From assembly GCF_037042905.1 (NCBI RefSeq), contig NC_087251.1, positions 39,620,001-39,684,000 on the forward strand: DNA of 64,000 nucleotides, read 5' to 3'. This stretch comes from Lytechinus pictus. Its lineage: Eukaryota. Under the pieces are notes generated by a model. The model saw only the letters and a list, made by a program, of their open reading frames with translations, was not told the DNA's origin and ran no database searches. This document shows, piece by piece, positions 12,122 to 23,669 of this stretch; positions within the stretch are counted from its first letter, which is position 1; each line of letters begins with the position of its first letter. A program made the position numbers and the translations under genes.

Positions 12122-15100
12122 CTTTTGAAATAAAACAAATTGGCTTTAATTAATATTTGAAAGGAAAAGCTGGTAGTATCTAAAGCTTTCAGTGCAATAA
12201 AGGCAAATGGAACTCATCCCTCCACTATATTCATTACAATTCTTGTTATGGATAGTATTACCTATTTTTCTTAAGATTAATGGAAAGTCGACATAACACT
12301 TAAACTCACTTTATCCCCTTTTAATCCTGTTCCTTCATCCTTCTATCTTCAATCCATCACTTACCAGCATGGTTGATGTTCTGTATGACAGCTATGCAGT
12401 CTTTGGCAACTGCCGTACTGAATCCCTTGAAGTCTCTACCCCCTTTCACCCTCTCCCTTCACCCCTCTATCTTTGACTTACAAGCTGCTTAGGGTTACCA
12501 GCATGGTTGAGGTTCTGTATGACAGCTATTAAAGCACTCTTCAACAACTGCCATACTGCTTCCAATAATTCCCTTTTCAACTTTCCCCCTTCATCCCTCT
12601 AAGCAGTCTTTGGCAATGGCCTTACTTAATCCCTTAAAACTCCTCAGCACTCTTTTTCACCCTTCTCCCTTCATCCCTCTATCTTCCACTCACCATACTG
12701 CTTGATGGTTACCAGCACGATTCTGTATGACAGCTAAGCAGTCTTTGGCAAATGCCTTACTGAATCCTTTAAACTCAACTACCCCATTTTTGCCTTTTTC
12801 CATCATCCCTTCATCTTTAAATCACCAAGCTGCACAAGGTTCCGTTCTGCATTCATAGTTTAGCATTTTTTTGTATCTTTTCTCATACTGTAAAAAGGGG
12901 TCAAAAGAAACAAATTTCAAGTTCAAGTCTTTGACGACTGCGTTTAATCCTTATAACTCTTCCACCCCCTTTCCATCCTTCTCCCTGTCTTCTACTCACC
13001 ATGCTGCCTGATGGTTGCCAGCGCGGTTGAGGTTCTGTATGACAGCTAAGCAGTCCTTGGCGATCATCTCACTGTTGACCTGATGGACACCACAAGACCT
13101 ACTGGCCGAGGTTGGAGGGTTACCAGCCTGGCGGACATACACTGTCAAGTGCTTGGATATACGATTATTCTGAAAAAAAAATGTAAACAGACAGTATTTG
13201 TGAAGGGAGGACTGTATGTGAAAGGTCTTGACATGGTGATTGATGCCAATATACTCAGAGTCCATTTTTCATCAATGTTCTAGTTGCTAATTTTTACTCG
13301 TATTATTGTTTTACTGACGGGCAAGAAAGTATGAATGCTATTGTTTAGTAAGCAATCAGTGAACCCATAGATTAAAGACAGCTCAGAGGTACCTGGTGGG
13401 TGTTTCATAAAGCTGTTTGTAATTCAGGAGCGACTTTATGAACAACGGGTGATCTTTTCTTGAGATAAATCATGCGCACCAAATTTTCACTGGTGCGAAT
13501 TTAGCTTCAAAGGAGGAATCACCAGTCGTTTGTAAAGTCACTTGTAACTAACGAGCAGCTTTATGAAACACCCAACTGGGGCCGTTCTTAAAGCTCTTCA
13601 TAAGAAAAGAGTGACTTTTAGAAATACTAGTGATCCTTTCTTGTGGTAAATGATATGCACCATAAATGTTTATTTGTGATTATTAACATAATAGCGCATA
13701 TAAAAGGTTCACCAGTCGTTCTTAAAGTCACTCTCAACTTACGGACAGCTATGAAACACCCATCTGGAGGGTGTTTCATAACAATGCCATTTCAATTTAA
13801 GGTTGTTTCCATCTTACCATTTCCTCTTCTCTATGTAACCTGTGTTCAACTTCTTCTGCCAAAGAACGTAACCAGTACTTGACCTGCAGGGGGAGGGGGG
13901 GGTGGAGAAAGAAATTATATCCTAATTATCTATAAAGACAGTATGAATTATCTTTAAACAACATCCACGATTCATTCTACCTCTCAAAAAAGTCGTGGGC
14001 AAAAGATCATCCTTTATTTCTTTCATAAGATATCAAAGAAGAATGAAATGAATTTTCGTATCAATTCAATGCTTATCATTGCATTTGTGATGCAATATAG
14101 AATTTGACTTTCATTATCCAAGTCTCTCATGATTCCTCATATTTCTGCAAAGTGTAACGCCACTTTGTTGGGTTTCACGTTGATGAATTTCTCATGAATT
14201 GTTTCTTTTTTTATTACGAGAATCCCCATTAATCTAGCTTGGTCATTTCACCCCTCCTCTTAATAAACTAATCTGTTTCTTGAATTGGTGGTAATTTTAT
14301 CTGATTACTACAAAAGCATGTTTGCTTGTAAGCAAGAAACCCGAGGACCAAAGGCTTAACGTCCTCTCCAAAGGACCTGTTGGGCACTAAGCTACCAATT
14401 TTCCTTCTCACCTTTTCTCTTGTATCCAATGCATTCTTTCCAGTGAAGTTTTTACTGCAGCCAGTTGATTTGGCAAGCTGACGAGGTCTAACAGGCTCAT
14501 CGTCTATTCCTCGACATATACCATACAACCACGTACTATACAGACAAATGAAAAATATTTAATGAAATATTACAAAGATAATTGTAACATCATAGATATG
14601 AAAAGGGATAGCTGTGACTTTTTTCAAAACATAATACAAAATATTACAGAATTATAAAAAATTCACAGAATTGAAAATATTTTTTTTTACAATTAAACAA
14701 CATAAATTGAAAACACAGGAAGCCATCATCATACACTTCAAACTCAGCAATGTTGTAATGTCACAAGGCAATTTTATTAATTGATATATTTTGTACAAGG
14801 AACTAACCTAATATGAATGGAAGCAAATTTCCAGCAAAAGAATAGAAGTTTCATTACAATTGCTCTGATACTTTGGAAATAATGAACGAAATATTGAGTT
14901 CTATCAAATTTAATTTTAAATTGACCCAGTGTTCAGAAATTATATTTACAGTCATAATCACTGATACTTGATAACCATTATGTCATTTCATGGAATAAAG
15001 GACTCGCAATTTCTAGATTATCAAATAATAAAGTAGGTTAAGATTCTAATGCTGATGACGCTGTCAGTGGTGCCTTTGTCTTGCTGCTATGCAAGGCATG

Positions 15101-18100
15101 ACAAAGAATGGGTATGATTGTGACATCTTTTTGTTTTGTGATAAAAAAATGCTATGAACTTACCCAGATTTTTCCCCATATCTCTTCTGTAACTGTTTTT
15201 CTGTGTAGGGTACAAGATCACCCATGTACTCCACTCCTAGGTCTTCAGATAGAGAATGACCTAGCTTTCCACCAAGATTACGACTAGAAGAAAGAAAAAC
15301 AAGAGGTCAATATCATTACCAAAACTTCCATCAACCCCGAAAATGTGTTTTTCATAGAAAATCATTGTCTTGATACTTAAAAATTGTATTATTATTATCA
15401 TTATCATTATTATAATGATCAAACTATTAATGCAGATACTGCTTCTGCAAGCAAATTATTTTTTGAAGAAAAATTGTGCTAGTGCTACTAGTCTTACCCG
15501 TTTTGCTGATATTGATAATTCAACAAAACTCATTCCTACCAGAAGCATAATTTTCCTGGATCATATAGAAATTAAAGCCCCATATATTTCTCTGACTTCT
15601 GCGCCATTTGGTCTACACTTATTTTGTCTACTTTCCACAGACCTGCCAAACTCTGGGAATGAAAAAGTGTATTCTGTGATTTTAAAAGTGTATTTTTCCC
15701 CAAAAAAGTGTATTTCATAATAAAATGCGTGGCGCACTCGCTCATCGCGGCACTCAAGCTGCATGCAAGCTACAATGTGAACTGCTCTTGCAGATGAAAA
15801 AAAAACAAAAACATTTAAACATGTGTATATCTTACCCTGGCTTTAACAAAATGATTGAAAAAAAAAACAAGTTACCTGAAATTACATTGATCTAATACCC
15901 AGATTTGTGTAAGTTTTATGAAATAGAGACATATAGAGATGATTTTTATCAATAAATTACGATTTTTTTTTAAAGAAAAAAACATTTAAAAAAAATACTT
16001 TTATTATAAATTCGCCAAAAACGTACTGGTTGGCAGGTCTGTTTCCATTCATTTCCGGATCCTTCTTACACAATTTCAAGTCTCAAAAAAAGGAAATATA
16101 TGTAAATTGACGTTTTCAGCTAGTAAGGGCTAATCTTACACTTTTGAATCTCTTGTTACAGGAGCTTTGGGGTAATGATGTTTTTCCCGCCGAAAATAAA
16201 AATGTTAGGGGGGATCTAGCTGGATTGGACAGGATACTCTGACAGGCTCAGTCATGTACACAAACAGCATGGCTCATCATGAAATGGTATTGTATTCAAC
16301 TCAGTTAGATCTGCCAGTGAGTGATGCCAATCACATGAAATTTTTGTACATGGATACTCACAATTTTCGGATGGAAATAGTCTTGAAGACCTTATCCAAG
16401 CCTTCGGGTGGCAGTACAGTTTGTCGATTTGGTTTGTGGAATCCACATGCTATCTTGGCTAGCATCTGAAGATAGTTAAACAAAGAAGATAATCACTGTT
16501 AAATGCTCTAAGCTCTATCAAAAATTAACATTTTTCATGCTGAAACTTAAAGACATCACAATCTTCCATATTGTGGCAGCAAGAAACTCTGGTTATATAA
16601 TATATTGCAATTCACCAATTCTGCAATATGAAATACTTCCTGAATCTTTGTGGTAATTCAATGACTCCTTGTTTCAACAGTAAACATGCATTTGTTCAAC
16701 TCCAAGTATTCCTTTTCAGTAATGCCCAGAATTGTTGTTGATGAGGATTGGTTTCATAAGACAAACTGGTTCAGCATTGTCCCTAAACAGTTATAATTTG
16801 TTTCCGATCTTCAGAGCTTATTTTAGAAGATTCCTTATGGCTTTATTGTTTGTAATGTCTTTTTTATCAAAGGAAATCCAACCTTGTTATGTGATATGCC
16901 AGCAGAACACCGAAATCCTAATTCGTTGTAAACTGCTGCTCTCATTTCCTCTGCAATCAACGCTCCAACGCCGAGTCTCTTTCTTTCTAAGTCTGATGAG
17001 GTTAGCCAGGTTTCTAGTCCTCTCTTTCGCACGTCTGCAGAATGGAAGTTTCATGAAATAGACAGCACAAACAAAGGAAACATGTTATAGAATACTGAAA
17101 TATCACTGAAGTAGTGCTGTAGCCGAACCGCCGAACCGAACGGTAGTTCGCCGAACATGGCACTTCCGAACCGAACAGAACCGAACCGAACACTAAGACT
17201 TGGTTCGGAAGTTCGGCAAAAAAAAAAAAACCGGCTTTCAGCTAATAAATTTATAAGTTTACACCCTTTCTAATCATTATATTTGCGCATTCTCTATTTA
17301 ATCTTCTTTGCAATTGTATGTTGGAAGTATGCGCTTATTTTGCGGTTACTAGATTTTGTTTTCATTTTCATGTGGTTTTTACGGCCCTGATTAAGAAAGG
17401 AGATCCGATGAACGATGTTGCGCGAGCTTGCGCTATAATCATTTTACTGGCTTTCATCATCTCTCGCTCTGTGGCCGAATCGCCGAAGCATGGTAAAGAA
17501 AACCAAAACTGTATGAGTGTTCATTGGTTAAATCTAATTATCTAAAATATTGTTGTTTTTAGGTGGCGAACAAGATTCTTGTTTGAAAATCTTCAAAGTA
17601 TTTTGAATGGACGAGCTCAATAAACTGAAAGTGAAAGATGAAGTACCATTAATATTATGAATTACGATACGATGTGATTAAGATCGTAACTCGTGTATTG
17701 TTGCGGCGGAGAATAAAGATCTGATTGAGGTGATTGACATTATTATTGAGGTGTCGGCTCGCTATACTGTCTAGTTTTCATGATTTTAGAGAGAAGTAAA
17801 GAGTTTTGAAAACGAGAGATCCAGTGAAAGTGGGAAATAAAGTGAGTGACTGTTAGAGATGGAAAGGAGAGACGCAAAACAAATAATATAGAAATGAGAT
17901 GAGGTGAAGTTTTCTTTTTTATAATTAACAATCAGATGAAAATAAAAATCAAACACTCATGAATGATTACGGTATAGCATATAGCAAGATCCCCTTCCCC
18001 TCGTTGACAAGTTGAATAAAGATAAAGCCATGCGGAAACATTCATCTCTTGGGGGAAAATGACCCCCAATCTTTACTCTTTTTTTTCCTTTCTTATCAAC

Positions 18101-21100
18101 TTCTCAAATTAACCATAAACAATTCGACGATCACTCTACTCCCCCTGTCCCATTACAGTCGTAAAACTTGCATCCCACTTGGTCTGTATGTTCATGGTCG
18201 AATGAAATCTGACCAATGAAATCATAGAAATCTCGGGAATTGCTCTTCAATCAGTGAGCTGAGTTTCGCGAGCAGACAAAGCACGTGGCTGTATGTACCG
18301 ATGCGACAATAAGCGACATGCGATTGGTGGTTTAGTTCACCCATCGAGCCAATTAGCGAAAGGCGCATTACATAAGCACGCTTTCTTCGACACGCCCCTG
18401 GCCCTACTATGCCTACAGTTCAGTGCACTGGCGCTGGCCGCCTCGTATGTGATGCAATTGCCAATCACGTTTGGCCGGACTGTATATATAAATATTCATG
18501 AGCTCAGAGTCCCGCTACAAGGCCAGGGGACTGCATGCGCTGGCCTAGCTGGTACGAGTGCGAGCGTAGTTAATTTGGCAAGTATCCAAAGTGTGGTCCA
18601 GGTATGGACGACTAGGAAGAGTCGCCATTTTAGAACTGTGAGTTACCCAATAAATCTGTCATCAGATAATCAAATTCGAGATAACAGTTGATTCGTTGAG
18701 CGCTATAACTTTCATAGTTTCATGTCAACAAGATAGAGATAAAATGGTTTGATGTGACAGAGGTACACGCGAGCACATGCAGTCAATCAAGTACAAATTG
18801 TCTACCGATACGCTACGTATACCTGAATGAACTATAGCTAGCTTTATCAGTCTATCATTACCGAACCCCGAACCGAACCAATGTTCGGCAAATTTCTGCC
18901 GAACCTTGCCGAACCGAACCGAACCCGAACATGGCGCCTGACTTGCAGCACTACACTGAAGTGATTGGTTTCTGGTATCTTAGGCTAGTGAATAGCTGTA
19001 AAGTATGACCTAAGGAAATTATGTTTGTTTGTAGTTTGGTTTACCCGACTGTTTAGACACAGCAGTGATACTAGGATTTTCAAAGCAGGGTCAAATTACA
19101 GGCAAACATTTGATGTGTGTACCATAAAATTGTCATTCAGGAGCTGGGTGGGGGCAGGGGAAGAGGAGGGGGGGGTGGCAAAGGTTAACTCTTTAGACAG
19201 TATGATTGCTCCAATTCAGGACCAACAGATGTGCCTCCTTCAAGGGCTGGTTTTCAAACACAAGCTGCTAGATTCCAAAATCAGTGTTCTATCAAATATA
19301 CCATCATAATCATAATGGTACTATTATGATATAAAGATCTCGAAGTTTAAATTTCATGAATATATCCACCACAAATGTTTCAGGGGCATTTTCGAACATG
19401 CCTTAGAAAAATAGAAAATATTAACAAAATGAATATTTGCCATAATTTTTCTTTCCTTTGGTACTAAAGATCAAGTATACCATAAATTAAAATTTGAAAG
19501 GTACTCACCTTCTATATCAACACCCTCTTCAGCGACATCATGACCAGCAATGAACGTCTGAGGCAGTTGTTCAGGATCAAGGACCTGACCTTGGTTCTCC
19601 ATCTGGGCCAGCCTTGTCTGGACCTGGTCTGTGACATCAACGTAGGCCTCGTCCACGCTGGCCCTCTCAACGCTATCGCTGTACTTGCACAGGACTGTTA
19701 TTACTTCTGCTCCTGCTTCTCTGTATCTATAGAGTGAAAAATTGAGGTATATTATAGGGTTTTGTGAGAGGATCAGTAAGAACAGATTTGATCAATTCAT
19801 AAAAAGGCATGTCTTCTTATATTTACACTCTATCGTTTCTTCTAATGTAGATGGTGTAGTCCTTGGACAATGTATCCTGCAGGTATCTCATTTTCAATTC
19901 ATTTTTAACAGGTGTTCTGATAGTTATTTATCAAATTGAATAAAAATAATGATCTATTATAGTTATCATATAGAAAAAATCAAAATAATATATATCTGAA
20001 ATAATTAACTTGACTTTCAGATGATATAAATATATAATCCCTCTTTGGTCAAAATCCTAGGAGGCTACAAGTTTTGACAGCTTGCCTCACAAATATTATG
20101 TGGTGTATTCTGACAAGTATTTGGAAGGGTGTAAAGGAATAGAAAACAAGTTGAATCTAGATGTATTCTTAAAACTTCCTGTCAACCTTTGTCATAAGAG
20201 TTAGATGACTGACTGGTCCAATGCCCTGTTGCAAAATAGTTGCTAATATGGTAACTTAGCTAACCAATGGTAACTTCCATGGTAACAATGCTCTCGAGCC
20301 AGTCACAATCAAGGACTTAATTGTTGGATGGCAAATTTACCATTTTGGAATTTTGAAGCACTGGGGTCCAGCAAGTGATAGGACTTGCAGTGATCATGAA
20401 GGCTTACCTTGTAAGATCAGCCTTTCCCCTTTTCTCAGGTACCGTAACAAGCTGGATGTCTGGACATTTTTGTCGAGCTTCCCGACCTCGCATCTGACGG
20501 GTTACACCAAACTTCCTTGCTTCATAGCTCACTGCAATTATTCTAGAATAAAACGATTTTATATGGATAAGATTTAAATATCTATATTCTATGTAAAAGG
20601 GTTAAAATGCCACTTTCAGAATTTGTATCTGTCTGCGCACCCATGTATAAAACTAGGGTGTCTGAAGCCACACTGAAAAGTGTCAGCATAAAACAGGCTA
20701 ATTTAGGGGAAAATATGGCACATTTTTTCGGGGAAGTTCAGGCTACTAGAAAAATGTGATCTGAATTGATTATTAACTTGTGTTTGGCATGTATGGAAAG
20801 AGAAAATTCAGGGGCTTCTTTTGACAGTAAGGACAAGTTTATATGATCATTTTAAATAAGGATTTAGAGATAAATTGCAAACCTTTATTTTTGTGTGTGT
20901 TGAGATTGCCATTTCTCCATGCGTTTTCTATGGGAAAATGACATTTCTGTTTTGCACAATTTTTTTCACTTTGTCGCAATTTTTCATTGTGATCTGGTTT
21001 CCAAATCTTTATAAAAATCATACCATCAGATAGAGCATAAAAAATCCTATTGGACTCTTTATGGACAAGTTTTTGGCATTAATAATAAATTTATAACAGC

Positions 21101-22600
21101 TCTCGGAAGCTAAAAATTTGGATTTGTGTGTGTCCATTTCTTAACTACACAGTCTACATGTATGGCAGAGAAATGCTGAAAATTTACCTAATTTCATTCT
21201 TCTTTTTTGCAGCCAATCATTGCATTTTTTTCAAAAATGTTACATTTCTGTCAGTCTGAAGGTCATTTCTCTTCAAATTCACAAAGAAAATGTGATATTT
21301 TCTTGAAATAAGAAAAACAATTTTTTTCTCCAGACACCCTAATAAAACAAGTATGAAGCCATTAGGAGGAAAACCCTATAGAAACCTATAGGGCCTAGTC
21401 CTATACCATGAGAAACTTTGAAGTTTAAAGAATAAAATTATGTATAATTCAAGGACATACCTTGCCCCGCGTAGCAGTGCATTGCACTTTAAAAAGGATT
21501 ATATAGTCCCAGTCATTGCATTTTGTGTAATGAAAATCTACTTTTGCTGTAAAAAAAATCTGCACATTCTCCCTTTTAAACAGAAATATCTCTGTCAATA
21601 TTTGACATCATGAGTTGATTTAAGCACCATTCTTTTTCTTATTACAAAAGATTTCAAATAGTACCAAATTTGTTGGGATTCCTTCAAGATTTCAAAAAGC
21701 CACAGAACTCCCTAAGTAACCAAGCACTGCGAATTGCTTGCTCAGTCTTAACCCAGAGAGCTCCAGCCCGCGTAGCGGGCTGGAGCCCAGACGCTCAGTG
21801 TGCAAACGGGCATTAAGGTGAGAGTACCGTGAAGTTTGGTCAAAATAATTTTGATAATACATAATTAAAACAGAAATTAAGCACTTACCACGATTGTATG
21901 GATGATAGTCTAACGAGTGGCAGTTTCCTGACATCGAGGCACAGACTGGAACCTCAAAAAACGATCAGTTCTGTCGCGGTAGCTCTCCTCTTTCAGAATT
22001 CAACACAAAATGGCCGATCGAGACCGAGGCTAGTATAGCACTAGCGCATATAGACTTTGTCAAATTCGCGCATGCGCCCTACACCCTCTCGAACGGCCAT
22101 TTTGCTATGAATTTTGAAAGAAGGAGAGCCACCGCGACAGAACTGATCGTTTTTTGAGGTTCCAGTCTGTGCCTCGATGTCAGGAAACTGCCACTCGTTA
22201 GACTATCATCCATACAATCGTGGTAAGTGCTTAATTTCTGTTTTAATTATGTATTATCAAAATTATTTTGACCAAACTTCACGGTACTCTCACCTTAATG
22301 CCCGTTTGCACACTGAGCGTCTGGGCTCCAGCCCGCTACGCGGGCTGGAGCTCTCTGGGTTAGCTCAGTCTCAGACGTCCAGGATACGTCGATCTCAGTA
22401 CATGGGGCTACATACATTACATAATTCTTAGGAAAATATGTGCCTAAAGTTAGGCCTAATAAATATGGTTCTTACGCTCCGCCCTTCCATGAATTATACT
22501 GGACAACAGCAGCAGGTTTTCCTTTCAGGTTCGGATCGCATCTTTGTTCTACTTGGACATAGAAACAGTCCATATCAACCAAAATAACGACTCTATCCAT
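10879..22600 (-). CDS. POLH: DNA polymerase eta (Y-family TLS polymerase), full gene span; join of 10 coding exons 22476-22600, 20408-20542, 19509-19726, 16883-17034, 16362-16465, 15164-15283, 14412-14535, 13818-13883, 13000-13169, 10879-12121 (818 aa)
   Basis: Manual splicing gives a continuous frame of 2457 nt with GT-AG introns. Y-family motifs VDMDCFYVQVE, IAVSYEAR, YREAG, ERASVDEAY, SAGISHNK-MLAK-KPNRQT, LGGKLG; C-terminal UBZ and PIP box. Confidence 0.97.
12300..13070 (-). repeat. Degenerate tandem copies of the POLH exon 9 3' end plus donor/intron start, inside intron 9
   Basis: Copies of ...TTCTGTATGACAGCTA... at ~12360-12410, 12476-12530 and 12688-12749 match exon 9 (13000-13062). 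Confidence 0.85.
13000..13169 (-). CDS. POLH: Pol eta coding exon 9 (NNRISKHLTVYVRQAGNPPTSASRSCG...RAGNHQAAW)
   Basis: tttcag acceptor, TG|gtgagt donor; 170 nt. Confidence 0.94.
13396..13782. mobile_element. Tandem Harbinger-like MITEs (13396-13575, 13579-13763, truncated third from 13767)
   Basis: TIRs GGGTGTTTCATAAAGCTG-like, each unit separated by CTG. Confidence 0.75.
13818..13883 (-). CDS. POLH: Pol eta coding exon 8 (VKYWLRSLAEEVEHRLHREEEM)
   Basis: ctgcag acceptor, ATG|gtaag donor; 66 nt; little-finger helix. Confidence 0.94.
14412..14535 (-). CDS. POLH: Pol eta coding exon 7 (TWLYGICRGIDDEPVRPRQLAKSTGCSKNFTGKNALDTREK)
   Basis: gtatag acceptor, AAG|gtgag donor; 124 nt. Confidence 0.96.
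15164..15283 (-). CDS. POLH: Pol eta coding exon 6 (RNLGGKLGHSLSEDLGVEYMGDLVPYTEKQLQKRYGEKSG), thumb/HhH
   Basis: ttctag acceptor, GG|gtaagt donor; 120 nt. Confidence 0.96.
16362..16465 (-). CDS. POLH: Pol eta coding exon 5 (MLAKIACGFHKPNRQTVLPPEGLDKVFKTISIRK)
   Basis: ttcag acceptor, gtgagt donor; 104 nt; KPNRQT motif. Confidence 0.96.
16883..17034 (-). CDS. POLH: Pol eta coding exon 4 (...GALIAEEMRAAVYNELGFRCSAGISHNK)
   Basis: ctgcag acceptor, AAG|gttgga donor; 152 nt. Confidence 0.95.
17112..18953. mobile_element. Non-autonomous hAT element (1842 bp) in POLH intron 3
   Basis: TIR TAGTGCTGYA; exact 8-bp TSD CACTGAAG; subterminal CCGAA/TTCGG arrays at both ends. Confidence 0.9.
19509..19726 (-). 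CDS. POLH: Pol eta coding exon 3 (YREAGAEVITVLCKYSDSVERASVDEAYVDVT...)
   Basis: Catalytic SVDE motif; ctatag acceptor, G|gtgag donor; 218 nt. Confidence 0.96.
20408..20542 (-). CDS. POLH: Pol eta coding exon 2 (IIAVSYEARKFGVTRQMRGREARQKCPDIQLVTVPEKRGKADLT)
   Basis: ttctag acceptor, AG|gtaag donor, 135 nt, frame continuous. Confidence 0.96.
20654..21341. mobile_element. MITE in POLH intron 1 (688 bp)
   Basis: TIR TAGGGTGTCTG; 7-bp direct repeat ATAAAAC on both flanks. Confidence 0.8.
21749..22362. mobile_element. Foldback/Mutator-like MITE (614 bp) with 232-bp inverted arms in POLH intron 1
   Basis: 21749-21980 is the reverse complement of 22131-22362 (identical 62-aa translations on opposite strands); exact 9-bp TSD GCTCAGTCT. 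Confidence 0.93.
22476..22600 (-). CDS. POLH: Pol eta coding exon 1 (MDRVVILVDMDCFYVQVEQRCDPNLKGKPAAVVQYNSWKGG)
   Basis: ATG at 22600; catalytic motif DMDCFY; donor GC|gtaag; 125 nt, phase 2. Confidence 0.96.
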
Positions 22601-23313
22601 TGTTTCGGCTTTCGACCCGAATGAATTACCCGCGCCATGTCGATGTTTTGTTGTTATTCAATCAACATGTCAATTCTCGATTTGATGGAGCTGAGGCTGG
22701 GGGGGGGGGGGGGGTGCCACAGGCAGATATAGCAAGGGGGCTATTGCCGGGCTGTTGTTTATTATTCACATTGATTGAACTGCTTGTTCAATTATCCAAA
22801 GACTCTTTCTTTTTCTATATAGATCTAATTTTTTTTTTTTTTAATCAAGAAAATCACAATATTTACAAGAATTATTACACGATTAGAGTCGGGATTAGAG
22901 TACAAAATCAAGGAAACACGGATCGTTTAGTTAGATAGATACCCCAATTATGATTACAAAAGCTGCTCACAATGTTCAATTTTCAGGGCAAATATATAAA
23001 ATATCAAAAAATTTGAGCTCGCGTGGTAATTTATATTCAGGCCATCATGAAATACCCTATGTTGCTTCTAAAAATGAAAATTTAGTTAGCTTTGACCCCT
23101 TTAAAAAATCATATTTCGGCGGCCACAACTGGAAAATGTTGATGAAAATATCCCCCCCCCCCCATCGATAAAAAGCTGAAACTGATCCTGGGTGTGACGA
23201 AAGAAAATAAGGAGAATGTTGAACTCTTCAAAGGGAAACTATACACAACCTGTTCCCGGGCCTGTTCCTGAGTATGTGTGAAAGAAAAATAAATAAATGT
23301 GTGGTAGTGGAAG

Positions 23314-23669
23314 CAACGTTGCCAGAACTGGCATAATTATGCTTTCTGGCATAAGTTTCGACCCTTTCAGCATAATTCATTATGCTGGCATAATTTTGGC
23401 ATAATTAGACTTTTTAAAGCAAAGAATCTGGCATAATAATAGCATATTTAGCATAATTTTGATTTTTTTTTCCCCCAACATGTGGTTTTTTTCAATTTTC
23501 ACATTTCTACTAACTAATGAACGGCGCCAGAGAGGAAAATCGTTCACATGCATGCATCCACTCCTAAAATTTTAGGTTGATAACCTTTTTTTTTTTTTTT
23601 TTTTTTCGCGATTTAGCATAATTTCGCTGCTCCTCTAGCATAATTGGATTTTTTGCACTGGCCACACTG
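23314..23669. mobile_element. hAT- or P-like MITE with GCATAAT subterminal repeats
   Basis: Imperfect TIR CAACGTTGCCAG/CAGTGTGGCCAG; exact 8-bp TSD AGTGGAAG. Confidence 0.85.

Noticed and set aside
12122..12138. ORF start MFYFKR as the N-terminus of a stand-alone 419-aa protein
   Set aside because: Intronic acceptor sequence with a non-ATG start; the true exon begins at 12121 as the last POLH exon
18293..18691. 132-aa ORF as hAT transposase or cargo gene
   Set aside because: No BED finger, DDE or dimerisation motifs recognisable; too short
21692..22431. Twin ORFs MSGNCHSLDYHPYNRGK... on opposite strands as a duplicated small gene
   Set aside because: They are the two arms of one inverted-repeat transposon and diverge exactly at the element ends
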